DNA from: Armatimonadota bacterium
Lineage (GTDB): Bacteria > Armatimonadota > Zipacnadia > UBA1398 > JAKPQA01
Assembly (NCBI GenBank): GCA_029547025.1
Contig: JAKPQA010000074.1
Location: forward strand, 8,796 to 72,795
Direction of reading: 5' to 3'
Length of the DNA stretch: 64,000 nucleotides
Shown: positions 40,516 to 51,100 of the stretch, piece after piece
Layout: each line of letters starts with the position of its first letter
Position numbering within the stretch: the stretch's first letter is position 1
Notes under the pieces: generated by a model
What the model was told of the DNA's origin: nothing
The model's database searches: none
What the model saw: only the letters and a program-made list of their open reading frames with translations
Program-made: the position numbers and the translations under genes

Positions 40516-42771
40516 CTATCTCCGCCAGCCGGCCCGCGAGGCCCGAGGGGCCCGGTCCGCCGCCTCTGCTTGCGCCACGATCTCGAACGGCAACGCAGGC
40601 AACACTCCGGCCGCAACCCGTCGTGTTGTTGCCGGCTTGCCGCCCTGGGCCTTGGTCTCGAGTTCCGCGTACAGCTCGACGATCAGATTGTCGACGTACC
40701 CGGCCGGCGGGGAGTCACTACCGGCGCTCAGTGTCAGCAGCAGGCCGCCGGGCACTGGCTCGACACCGTCCAGCGCGATCCCCGCCGGCGGCTCGCTCAG
40801 CGAGAGCCGAACCATCGACAGAAGCGGCCCGGCCGGCGAGTTCACCCGCACCTGCACACTCCCGCCCGCCGGGACCCGCACCGGCCCCGCGTCAGCCCAG
40901 GACACCGTCGGCACCCGCCCCCCCAACCCCGTCGTCGTCGCGAGCAGCTCCATCGAGGGCACCAGGTGCCGGTACGCGAAGGCCTGCATCATGTCTTCAG
41001 CCGGAACGGCTTCGTGAATCACCATCTGCCCAGCGATCGCCGCGGTCCCCTGCAGCCGCAGTGACACAGGCCTCCCGAACGGCTGCTTCGGCGCCGAGAC
41101 CGTGATGCGGATCGAGTCGAGCCCAGCCGGGACGCGCCCTCCCGCCAGCGCGTAGCCGGCTGGGGCATCAGCGAGCGAGACCTCGATCTCACCGTCGAAG
41201 CCGTCCTTGCGGATGGCGTGTACCGTCGCCGCGGCCGACCGCCCCGCCGGAATGCTCAGGCTCGAGGGCGTCACCCGCAGTGCGAAGTCGGGTCGGGGCC
41301 CGCTCAGACGAAGCCGGTAGCCATAGCGTTCGCCCCCATGCTGCTGAACATCCGACACGCGGACGAAGTACGGGCCATCTGCCGGTAGCTCCGCCCTCAC
41401 ATACGAGTCGGCGTGGTGCGTGATAAGCCCGGCCCCGGGGTCGGGGCTATCGTCGTTCCACGCGATGATCTTGCCGGCGCCGTCCATGAGCCGCACCAGC
41501 GAGTCCAGTTCGGAGCCGAGCCGACGAGCACTCACCTCGGCGACGACTGTCTCCCCCGCCCGGCCATCGAAGCGGTACACATCCACATCGCCCGCCCGCT
41601 CAATCCGGCCGCTCACACACACAGGCAGACGGACACTCTGCGCACGCTCCAGGCCATCGTTCGGCTCGGCCTCAACGCACTCAGGCAGCTCACCGCCCCA
41701 AGGGGCCATCGGGGTCAAGCCTAGCGGCTCGCCACCAGGCGCCGCCTCGGCCACAACCAGCCGGTACACGAAGTCCTCTCGCCCGCGGTAGAGCGCGTCG
41801 CGCACCTCGATCTCATACTCGCCATCGCTAGGCACCTCGTACAGCAGCCGAGGGTCCGGATCGAAGCCGTTGTCGTCGCAGAAGGCCACCTCGGTCCCTT
41901 TGGGGTCGCGCAGGGCCAGCACCGCCTGGAACCACCCGGGTACCGCGTCGGCCAGATAGGGCATGAGCCGGCGCGCGTGGACTTCGATCTTCAGCCGCTC
42001 CCCTTGCCGCGCCGCGAAGCGGACTCGGTCGACATCGCCGGCCAGGACCTGTCCGTTCAGGACGAAGGCGGACTCCGCCGTCTGTTGCCGACTCCCCGGT
42101 CGGTCGTTGGGCTCGCTCTCGAGCAGTTCCGGCGCCGCACCAACCTCAAAGCGCAACGGGTTCGACAGCCCCATGGGACCCGCCAGTCGGATCTCGCGGC
42201 CGCCGGGCACCGCGTTCGCGTCGATGCGGACCTCGAGCAGCACCGTCTCGGCGATAGCCCGCTGGGGCGGTTGGAGGTTTCGTGGGCTGAAGAACCACCG
42301 GGCCAGCTCCACCAACTCCGGCAACGTCTTGCTGTCCAGATCGCGAAGCAACGGGTGATCGGGCAGGTTCAGCGGCTTTGCATCGGGCGCGCGCGGCGGG
42401 ACCCGGCGCCGCAGGACGCCGAGCGTGTGTGCCGGACCCCGCTGGTCTTCCGGTATCTCGGCAACGCGCTTCTCCGCCGCCTCGGAAAAGTGGCGAGCCA
42501 CTTCCTCGAGCAGGTCCTTGTTGAGAGGGGTTGGCGGGCCGCTCGGCCGCGCCACCGAAGCCCGTACCCCCGCACCCGACACATGAGCCGCGTTGACCCC
42601 GCGCAAGAACTGGCCCCCGACGATCACCCGCACCGTGCCGCCACGCTGCCCGCCCGCTGGGTACAAGTACCCCACGTGGGGCGATCGGATGTCCGCCTGG
42701 CCCCAGCACGCACTGGCCCACAGGAGAAGCGCGGACAACGTGGCCCTACATGAGCTCCGCAAGCAGCCCAC
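40516..42771 (-). CDS. Secreted PPC (pre-peptidase C-terminal) domain protein of DUF1501/DUF1553 clusters
   Basis: PHVGYLYPAGGQRG, ESEPND, DVDRVRF, EAEPND, DVDVYRF, PRPDFALRVTPSS. Confidence 0.8.
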   Translation of the reverse strand: MGCLRSSCRATLSALLLWASACWGQADIRSPHVGYLYPAGGQRGGTVRVIVGGQFLRGVNAAHVSGAGVRASVARPSGPPTPLNKDLLEEVARHFSEAAEKRVAEIPEDQRGPAHTLGVLRRRVPPRAPDAKPLNLPDHPLLRDLDSKTLPELVELARWFFSPRNLQPPQRAIAETVLLEVRIDANAVPGGREIRLAGPMGLSNPLRFEVGAAPELLESEPNDRPGSRQQTAESAFVLNGQVLAGDVDRVRFAARQGERLKIEVHARRLMPYLADAVPGWFQAVLALRDPKGTEVAFCDDNGFDPDPRLLYEVPSDGEYEIEVRDALYRGREDFVYRLVVAEAAPGGEPLGLTPMAPWGGELPECVEAEPNDGLERAQSVRLPVCVSGRIERAGDVDVYRFDGRAGETVVAEVSARRLGSELDSLVRLMDGAGKIIAWNDDSPDPGAGLITHHADSYVRAELPADGPYFVRVSDVQQHGGERYGYRLRLSGPRPDFALRVTPSSLSIPAGRSAAATVHAIRKDGFDGEIEVSLADAPAGYALAGGRVPAGLDSIRITVSAPKQPFGRPVSLRLQGTAAIAGQMVIHEAVPAEDMMQAFAYRHLVPSMELLATTTGLGGRVPTVSWADAGPVRVPAGGSVQVRVNSPAGPLLSMVRLSLSEPPAGIALDGVEPVPGGLLLTLSAGSDSPPAGYVDNLIVELYAELETKAQGGKPATTRRVAAGVLPALPFEIVAQAEAADRAPRASRAGWRR

Positions 42772-44074
42772 CCCCCGCGACCCCGGCCGGCGCGGGAAGC
42801 AGCGACCCGCCTTCGGCACCGCGCATCGGCATCGGGCCGTCCGGGTCGATCCCCAGCAACGTGTAGATGCTCCGGATGACCTCGCTCGGATGCACCGGCC
42901 GCTCCAGAACCTCGGATCCCGTGGCATCCGACTCCCCGACCACCAGCCCGCCCCGGAACCCGCCGCCGGCGACCACCGTCGAGAAGCAGTTGCCGTAATG
43001 GCCCCGCCCGCCGTTCCACGGCTCCTCCCACTGCACGCGCGGGGTCCGCCCAAACTCCCCGCCCCACCATACGATGGTGCTGTCGAGTAGCCCCCGCTCC
43101 GACAAGTCGCCGATCAGCGCGGCCATGCCCTGATCCATCTGGGGCAGCTTCTGACGCATGGTCTCGAAGTGCCGCTTGTGTGTGTCCCACCCCTGGTAGT
43201 TGATGGTCACGTAAGGCACCCCGTGCTCCACCAGCCGCCGCGCCACCAGACACGACTGCCCGAATGTGTTCCGTCCATACCGATCCCGCATCTCGGGCGA
43301 CTCCTCGCCCAGGTCGAACACCTTCCCCCCCTGCCCGAGGATCAGGTCGTACGCCTTCGCCTCACAGCCGTCGAGCTGCTCGAACAGCTTCTCGCCCGGC
43401 ATCGCGGCCCCCAGTGAGTCCAGCGAGTGCAGCAAGTCGCGCCGCGCCTGCTGTCGCTCGGCCGTCACGCCCTCGGACACGATCCCCTCGACGGCGAACA
43501 CCTTCTGGTTGGGGTCGCCACCGGTCGCGAACGGCTTGTACCGGGCGCCGAGGAACCCGGCCTCCGAAAACCGTCCCTGCGACTGGGTGAGCACGATGTA
43601 GGGCGGAATCAAGCCCTCATACCCGTGGTCGTAGCCCCTGAACAACGACACGACCGCACCGGCCGACGGATACACGCTCCCGCCGGGCTCGCGTCCCGTC
43701 TGGACGATGTACGACGCCGTCTCGTGTGCGTTGACCCTGTGAGTCATGCTGCGGATGATCGAATACTGGTCCGCCAGCCTGGCCAACTGAGGCAAGAGCT
43801 CACCGACGAAGACCCCGGGCACGTTCGTCTCTATCGGATGGTCTAGCGGCCCGCAGTAGTCCCGCCCGGCTTCCGGCTTCGGGTCGAAGGTGTCCAGGTG
43901 CGATGGCCCCCCCCACATCCAGATCTGGATCACGGACTTGGCCCTGGGAGCCGGCGGCGTCGGCTGCGAACGCGCCCGGCCGGGACCCAACAAGGCCACG
44001 CCCGCCGCACCCACCAATCCCCGCCTCAGCAGCTCCCTGCGCGTGAGACCCGCGCCACATCGTTGCCCGTCCAT
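42746..44074 (-). CDS. DUF1501 domain protein with Tat-like signal
   Basis: ATG 44074 after GGAGGAGG; TRRELLRRG; AKSVIQIWMWGGPSHLDTFDPKP, FGQSCLVARRLVE, GWDTH, GEFGRTP. Confidence 0.92.
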   Translation of the reverse strand: MDGQRCGAGLTRRELLRRGLVGAAGVALLGPGRARSQPTPPAPRAKSVIQIWMWGGPSHLDTFDPKPEAGRDYCGPLDHPIETNVPGVFVGELLPQLARLADQYSIIRSMTHRVNAHETASYIVQTGREPGGSVYPSAGAVVSLFRGYDHGYEGLIPPYIVLTQSQGRFSEAGFLGARYKPFATGGDPNQKVFAVEGIVSEGVTAERQQARRDLLHSLDSLGAAMPGEKLFEQLDGCEAKAYDLILGQGGKVFDLGEESPEMRDRYGRNTFGQSCLVARRLVEHGVPYVTINYQGWDTHKRHFETMRQKLPQMDQGMAALIGDLSERGLLDSTIVWWGGEFGRTPRVQWEEPWNGGRGHYGNCFSTVVAGGGFRGGLVVGESDATGSEVLERPVHPSEVIRSIYTLLGIDPDGPMPMRGAEGGSLLPAPAGVAGGGLLAELM

Positions 44075-44152
44075 CGGCCCCTCCTCCAACTGCCGTCGGC
44101 GCGAGACTGGCCGGCCATACCGAGGACTCGCACGGCGGAGTCCTCCGCCACC

Positions 44153-44405
44153 CATTGGCGGTAACTGAGGGCTCCAGTGGCCCATCAGCCTGGTTGCGGA
44201 GGGGCGCCATGGGGGGAACCACGCGTCTCCCAGCGTGGTGGGCCCCCAACGCGCCCGATCGGCACGCGCCAACGTCGGGCCGGTCAGGGGCCCCGCGCCC
44301 TCTGGGCACACCCCTGCGCGGCCCCTCCGAAAGACCAGGCGGGCGTTCCCCGCGACCTTCGCGAGACCCAGCCGCCCGGCCCAGGGCCCTATGTTACCGC
44401 CAATG
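44153..44405. mobile_element. MITE copy 1 (253 bp), 13-bp perfect TIR, 11-bp TSD
   Basis: TIR CATTGGCGGTAAC 44153-44165 / GTTACCGCCAATG 44393-44405; direct repeat CCTCCGCCACC at 44142-44152 and 44406-44416; homologous to 62982-63386 in inverted orientation. Confidence 0.9.
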
Positions 44406-44483
44406 CCTCCGCCACCTCACCGGTGGTCGGACCCTATCCGGCCCGCGCCGGCCGCAAGGCCCACGTGGGCAGATCGCCAGCCG

Positions 44484-46049
44484 CTAATGCCGGCACAGGA
44501 ACTCCTTCGTGTTGATCAGTGCCCACGCCAGATCCTCGACAGCCTGCTTGGGCGTCCGACCGCCCGCCTCCAAGTAGGCGGATGCGGTCGCGACTTCGGT
44601 CGGCGTCGGCGGGCGCGACAGGACCATGTAGTAGACCGCAGTCACCTGATCCCGCCGGTTGCCCCTCCTGAGGGCGATGGCTGCTCTGAGCCGCGGGCTC
44701 GTCTCGAGCATCCGCCGGATGTCCGTCGAGTTCAGGGTGTAGAGGCGCTGCGCATCGGTCGGCTGGCCGCTCCGTTCCGAGTCCGTCCCCGTGTCCCGCG
44801 CCGGGCGGCCGAACATCTCGAGGAACGAACTCGAAATACTGCCATCCGCCAACTCGATGGCCCGCTCGTCGTCAGGCACGTACGTGAACGGCTCGGGAAT
44901 CGCGCTAATGTAGTGCTCCGGCTCCGCGCCCAGCCACCGCAACGCATCGTTGAGCACTTCGGCCTCCAACTGCCGCACCGGGTAGTAGGCGAACAGTGCC
45001 GCCGCCTCCGGGCCGTCGCTCTGCGGGATCGACGACTGCTGGTAGGTCCGCGATGTCAGAATCAGTCGGTACAGGGCCTTCAGGTCGTAGTGGCTCGCCA
45101 CAAATGCCTGCTCAAGGTAGGCCAGCAGCTCGGGGTTCGATGGCGGGTTGTCAGGCCGGATGTCATCCGGCTCCTCGACAATCCCACGGCCGAGCAACCA
45201 GGCCCACACGCGGTTGACGATAGCTCGCGCGAACCATGGATTGCCATCCGCCAGCAGCCAGTCGGCGAAGACCTGTCGCGGGTCTTGGTCGGCCGCAATA
45301 TGCACCGCTGTGCCATCCGGGAGAGTGGCGTCGAACGGCCCCAGCGGCGTCGGGTCGAGGCACACGATCTCCTCTTTCCATTCGTCGGTCTTCTTGTACG
45401 CCACCCGAAAGAAGAAGCGCGCCAGGTTCTCCCGCTCGGTCTGCGGCCAACTCGCAAGCCGCGTCCCCATGAACGTCAGCGCCACGGCTCCGGCGATGTC
45501 CTCGGGCTTCCGGCCCTGCACAGCACGGTAGAAGTTCGCCGGCGGTACCCGGAAAGCGCTGCCACTCGAGGTCAGCAGCTCGCGCGCGAACAGGTCGTAG
45601 GGCTTGTTGGTGGCCATGGCCTCGCGGACCCAGCGCTGGTAACACTGAACCGCGTTGGGCCACAGGTTGATGGGAAACTCCGCCTTGACCCGGAGCACAT
45701 CACACCACTTCATCGCCCAGTAGTCGGCGAACTCCGGGCGCTCCAGCAGCGAGTCGATCAGTCTCGCGCGCTTCTCCGGCCGCCGGTCTTGCAGGAAGGC
45801 GCGCACAACCAGGGGCTCCGGCAGCGTGCCGATGATATCCAGGTGTGCCCGGCGCACGAACACCTCGTCGGAGCAGAGGTAGGCCGACTCGATGCCCGCA
45901 ACCTGCAGCGAGGCACCGACGAGCTCATCAATGCGCGTCGCGGGCACGACCTCATCCGGCCGTTCGAAAGGCGCCACGGCCGGCGCCCGTGCGTCGACCG
46001 CGCTCGAGACGGCAATAAACGCCACCGCGCCCCACAAGGCTCCCCTCAC
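44484..46049 (-). CDS. DUF1549/DUF1553 domain protein
   Basis: CSDEVFVRRAHLDIIGTLP, KRARLIDSLL, NPWFARAIVNRVW, PPSNPELLAYL, EDLAWALINTKEF. Confidence 0.92.
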   Translation of the reverse strand: MRGALWGAVAFIAVSSAVDARAPAVAPFERPDEVVPATRIDELVGASLQVAGIESAYLCSDEVFVRRAHLDIIGTLPEPLVVRAFLQDRRPEKRARLIDSLLERPEFADYWAMKWCDVLRVKAEFPINLWPNAVQCYQRWVREAMATNKPYDLFARELLTSSGSAFRVPPANFYRAVQGRKPEDIAGAVALTFMGTRLASWPQTERENLARFFFRVAYKKTDEWKEEIVCLDPTPLGPFDATLPDGTAVHIAADQDPRQVFADWLLADGNPWFARAIVNRVWAWLLGRGIVEEPDDIRPDNPPSNPELLAYLEQAFVASHYDLKALYRLILTSRTYQQSSIPQSDGPEAAALFAYYPVRQLEAEVLNDALRWLGAEPEHYISAIPEPFTYVPDDERAIELADGSISSSFLEMFGRPARDTGTDSERSGQPTDAQRLYTLNSTDIRRMLETSPRLRAAIALRRGNRRDQVTAVYYMVLSRPPTPTEVATASAYLEAGGRTPKQAVEDLAWALINTKEFLCRH

Positions 46050-46316
46050 GCGTCGAATCCTCCCACTCCCGCCCGAAGGCCTACCACACGCCCTGCGACG
46101 ACAACACGACGGTTCTCAGCCATACTGCTGCCATCTCCTGTAACCCTCCACAACCCCTACGGGTCTCGCAACCAACCCCGCGCAGTCCTGACGGCACCCA
46201 TCGGCCATACTTGTCCCGGACGCCAAATCCCCGCCCAGAGGACACACCGGCTCCGAAGCCGAACTCCCCACCCGCCGTGACACCGGGTGCGGTAGCCGAC
46301 GATAGGACCTCACTCC

Positions 46317-47243
46317 ATGACTTCCCGCGAGCGTGTTCTCACGACCATCGCCCGCCGCGAACCCGATCGCGTGCCCTACAACCTGCGCCCTTCCCACGAG
46401 CTACTCCTGCAGTTCCGTGCACACGTGGGCGAGGGCGACTTCGCCGACCACTTCGGCCATGATGTCCGGTATGTGAGCCTGGCACTCCCCGAGAGGCCCG
46501 CCCACGTCCCGGAAGACCAGTGGACGCCCACCCCAACGCCCGCTGACATCGCCGCAACAGCCGTCGCCACCGCCCGACTTCACGGTCGCGGGCTGGCCGT
46601 CTGCGGGGCCTACGCGTGCGGCGTGTTCGAGCAGGCCAAAGCCTGGCTCGGTGACGAGGGCGCCCTCGTGGCGCCTTTCGAGGACCCCGCCGGCCTTGCG
46701 CGAACGCTCGACCGGATCACCGAATGGAAAGCCTCCATCTACGGCGCCTACGCAGAGGCTGGCGTCGACATCGTCTGGATGGGCGATGACCTCGGAAGCC
46801 AGCGCTCACTCGTCATGAGCCCCGAGCACTACCGCCAGTGGTACCGTCCACGACACCAGGAGCTCGTCGAGCATATCCGCTGGCGCGGCCCGTCGGCCCA
46901 GATCGCCTTCCACTGCTGCGGGCACGTCACGCCGCTGATCCCCGATCTGATCGAGATGGGCATCGACGTGCTCGAAGCGGTCCAGGCCGAGGCCATGGAC
47001 ATCGCTCAACTCAAGCGCGAGTTCGGACGCGACATCAGCTTCTGGGGTGGGGTAGGGGCCCAGAGCATCCTCGCCCGGACCGAGCCCGACGAGGTGATGG
47101 CCGGCGTCCGGGATGCCCTGGCCATCATGGCCCCCGGCGGCGGCTACATCGCCGCCCCGTGTCACACCCTCACCGACGAGGTCCCTTGGGCCAGCGTCAT
47201 CGCGTTCCATGAAGCCGTCGTGCGATTTGGAGGATATGGGTAG
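46317..47243 (+). CDS. Uroporphyrinogen decarboxylase / MtaA-CmuA methyltransferase family protein
   Basis: MTSRERV...EPDRVP, GDDLGSQ, FHCCG, FWGGVG, PGGGYIAAPCH. Confidence 0.88.
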   Translation: MTSRERVLTTIARREPDRVPYNLRPSHELLLQFRAHVGEGDFADHFGHDVRYVSLALPERPAHVPEDQWTPTPTPADIAATAVATARLHGRGLAVCGAYACGVFEQAKAWLGDEGALVAPFEDPAGLARTLDRITEWKASIYGAYAEAGVDIVWMGDDLGSQRSLVMSPEHYRQWYRPRHQELVEHIRWRGPSAQIAFHCCGHVTPLIPDLIEMGIDVLEAVQAEAMDIAQLKREFGRDISFWGGVGAQSILARTEPDEVMAGVRDALAIMAPGGGYIAAPCHTLTDEVPWASVIAFHEAVVRFGGYG

Positions 47244-48062
47244 ATGAGGATTTGGGACTGCCACTGCCACGCCCGAGGCAACGAGACCGCCGACCAGGTC
47301 CTGCGCTGGATGGACGACGCCAGGATCGACCGCATCAACCTCTTCGCCCGCTATCCCGGTCCGGTAGACGGCCAGTACCGTCGCGACGACGCTCATGAGT
47401 CCATCGACCACATCGCCCAGATCCAGGCCGCCGATCCCGACCGCATCTACGGCCTGATCTGGGCCGAGCCGCGCACACCGGGCATGGTCGAGGAGATCGA
47501 GTACGGCATCGTCGAGAAGGGCCTGCGTGGGATCAAGATGATCCCGCGCCACTGGTCGCCCACCGACGAGATGCTCTTCCCCATCTACGAAAAGATGCAG
47601 GCCCTCAGGAAGCCGATCCAATTCCACTCGGGCATCCTCTATGGCTTCGAAGACAGCTCGCGCTTCTGCCAACCGGTGCTCTACGAGGTGCTCGTCAACT
47701 TCCCCGGCCTGCGGTTCTCCTTGGCCCACATCGGTTGGCCGTGGGTCGATGAGTGCATCGCCGTGTTCGGCCGCTTCCGCGCGGCCGTCGGCTACCAGAC
47801 CGCCAACTGCCAGATGTGGGTGGACACGTGCCGCGGCACGCCGGACGCTTGGCGCGAAGAGGCCCTCCGCAAGACCATCGCCTTCTGCGGCTCGGAGCAC
47901 GTGATGTTCGGAGTCGACGCCACGCCGGCAACCTTGGTCGGAAACGCTCCGGTGCACGTGGCCAAGGACTTGGCCCTCTTGCGCGACATCATCGGCCTCA
48001 GCGAGACTCAGATCGACCAGTTCTTCTGGGGTGCCTGTGAAGCGTTCTACTCGCCCCAGTAG
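47244..48062 (+). CDS. Amidohydrolase family (Amidohydro_2) protein
   Basis: Abuts previous stop; DCHCH, LRGIKM, IQFHSG, LAHIGWPW, VMFGVD. Confidence 0.85.
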   Translation: MRIWDCHCHARGNETADQVLRWMDDARIDRINLFARYPGPVDGQYRRDDAHESIDHIAQIQAADPDRIYGLIWAEPRTPGMVEEIEYGIVEKGLRGIKMIPRHWSPTDEMLFPIYEKMQALRKPIQFHSGILYGFEDSSRFCQPVLYEVLVNFPGLRFSLAHIGWPWVDECIAVFGRFRAAVGYQTANCQMWVDTCRGTPDAWREEALRKTIAFCGSEHVMFGVDATPATLVGNAPVHVAKDLALLRDIIGLSETQIDQFFWGACEAFYSPQ

Positions 48063-48188
48063 CCGGCCGCTGCCATCCCGAGCGCGTCGCCTGTACGCCA
48101 AGGCCGGCGAATGGCACACGGCGAAAGGATCCGGCGACGTCTCCTGGCGCGGGTTGCGAGCCGCCGCGCCCCCATATCGGAGGTCCCC

Positions 48189-51100
48189 ATGGAGGTCGCT
48201 CTCGCTGGTCTGCTCGCCGCCGCTCTGGCGTGGGGCGTCGCGCCGCCCAGTGAAGTGGCCTGCGGGTCGATGGCGCTGGACTTCGACGCCGTCACGGGTC
48301 AGTGGTGCGGCTGGTCGGAGAACGGCCGGGAGCTCCTGTCTCCCTCAACTCGACCTGATGTTACCGTGGCCGGCCCGGAACTCGAATGGCCGGCACCCGG
48401 CTTGTGGCAGGCCGATGAGCCCGTCGCCATCGTGGAGCAGGGCGTATACCGCGTCTCCGTCCGCCGGCACGCCGGAGACTGGACGCTGACCACCCAGTTC
48501 GAGGCATACCCGGACGAGAGGCGCCTGGTCCGAAGCGTCACACTCCGCTGGAATGGGGCGGCCACGCTTCGCACCCACCAGGTAACCTTGCGCGTGCCTG
48601 GCCTCAGCCTGGGTGACTCGCAATCCGCCGTCGGCTGCCTACCCGGCGCCTACCCACCCCACGAGTTCCCTCTGGCAATCGACGGGCCGTCGCGGGCCGA
48701 ACTCGAACCGGGGTGGACGTGGTCTGAGACCGGCTGCGCCTACGTGCGCTCGGACGCCGCCGGCCTTTCGGTGCTCGGCGCTTACCGGCTCGAGGACGAC
48801 CGCGCGCGCGTGAGCCTCGAGACGGGCCAGGGCGGGCCGGCGCTCGTGCACCATTTCGAGGTGGTGGCCCGGCTCGCGCCGGGCAGCGAGATCACGGTCG
48901 GCTCCCAGTGTCTGCAGCTGGCGGAGCCAGACCTGCCAGCGATCCGCGAGGCGGGGGCAAGCCTGTCGGAACGGGTCAACTTCGGACCGCCGCCTGACCG
49001 GCCCCAATGGCTCGACGGAGCCGTGCTCTACGAGGTCCACCCCTGGGGCCGACTCGAGGCCTGGGGCGCCGGCGACCGCGGCGACCGGTTCCCGAGTCTC
49101 GAAACCCAGTTGCCTTACCTGAAGAGCCTGGGCGTCAGCGCCCTCTGGCTCCTGCCCGTGACCGAGAAGCCCCCGTGGGTCTACTACCTGCCGAAGCTGC
49201 GGGAGATCGACCCCGACGTGGGCACGCTCGCCGAGCTCGCCTCCATGATCCGCGCCGGCCACGGCCTCGGCATACGCACGCTCATGGACATCGTCACCTA
49301 CGGCGTCGCGCCCGATAGCCCCGACGTGGCCCATCTGCCCGACACCGTGTGGTGTCTCGATGAGAATGGCGAGCGCCAGAAGGCCTGGGGTGGTACCGTC
49401 ATGGCCGCGGACTGCTCCAACTCGGACTGGAATGCCCACATCGTCGACCTGGGCTCCTACTGGGTGCGCGAGACGGGCTGCGATGGCTACCGGCTCGACT
49501 GTGGTGGCGCCGGCCAGGTGCCCAACTACAGCCCGAAAGCCCACCCCAAAGCCAACCGGGCCATGCTCGCCGGCGGGGTCCGGCAGAACGCCCTACTGCG
49601 GGCCGCGATCCGCGCCATCAACCCCGATGCGGTCCTCTTGCCCGAGGCGGGCGCTACCGGGAACTTCCGCTCGGCCGACATGCTGTTCGACTACCCCTTC
49701 TATATGGCGTGTCGCGAGCTGACACGGGAGCCCGACACCGGCCTCGCCGTCACCCGGCTTCGCGACTGGCTCGCCGCGCAGCAGATCACCCACTCGCTGC
49801 GCCAGCAACTCTCGATGGTGCGTTTTCTGGAGCTGCACGACACCGTCTCGGCGCAGGAGTTCTTTGGTCTCGGCCCATCGCAGGCCCTGACCGCGCTGAG
49901 CACCTTCATCCCCGGGGTGCTCCTCCTCCAGCAGGAGCAGGAGATCGGCATGGCCGAGGAGCTTCGCCAGTGGCTGCAGCTCCGGCACGAACTCCCCGAG
50001 CTCGGCAGGGGCGAGGCCGACTACCGGGGCGTCACCGTCGACGACCCGCGCGTGCTCGCCTTCACGCGGCGGTCGGTCGACGGGGCCTCCATCGTCCTGG
50101 TCAACTTCGCCCCGGTGGCGCTGTCGTGCCACGTCCGCTGGCAGGAGGACCTCACCGAGGTGTTCCCCGAGGCCACCGATGCACTCACCGGCGCGGCCGT
50201 CGCGGATGGGCAACCGATCACCGTGCCCGCGTACCGCCCGATCGTCATCGCGCTCCGGCGGGACGGAGCCGGGCCGCGACCTCGCATCCCCTCGCGCGAA
50301 GCGACGCCCGGCCCCCTCTGGGCCGCCGCGCCCGAAGTCGCTCCCCTCGGCGATGGCCTCGAGCGTCATACCGTCCGCGTGACCGGCGCCACCGAATGGT
50401 TCGTCCTCACCACCGAGGGGTTCGCCATGGACGAGTTCGTCGATCGCCATCGGGGCACGAAGCCGGGCGAGACGCACGTCGATGCCGTGCCGCCTTTGGC
50501 CCGCGTGTGGCGGCCACTCGAGAACCGCCTCTGGGACGGCCCCGGCCCCACCGGGTTTGGCCTGGCCGGAGCCGCCGGAGACGCCGTGTGGCTCCCCATC
50601 ACCGATCGCGAGGCACTCCGCGGCGCCCGGATCGAGGCTGACTCGCCGGCCGGCGGCGACGTCCGCCTGGTGATCGACGCCCCCGCAGGGGCCCAACCCT
50701 TCGAGATCGCCGAGACGACCCGCGACGAGCTGCTGAGCATGGCGCGAGTCGCACGACCCCCCGCATCGGCCGCGCGCGTCGAGGTCGACCCGCTCTTCGT
50801 CCGCGTCTCGAACGGCCACTACACCGCCAGCATGGCGCGCCGGCACGGCGGCGTCCTCGCGGGGCTCTGCGCACCCGGCGGCAAGCCCCTTCTGGCCGGC
50901 ATGGCCGACGTCTACACGGACTGGGGGCTATTCGAGAGAGGCATCCGCATCGCCAGCGAGTGGGAGACGAGCCCGCGTATGTCCATCCGCGAGGCGCACG
51001 GCGCGGCCGAGGTGACCTTCGAGGGCGCCCTCCGCCGGCCCTCTTGGAACGGCGTGGCGGCGGGACCCGTGGCCGATCCCGTCGTGCGCTACACGCTGAC

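Noticed and set aside
44235-46280. 681-aa plus-strand ORF (also 37667-39076, 10791-12224, 25338-26774)
   Set aside because: Antisense shadows of well-supported genes, expected at high GC.
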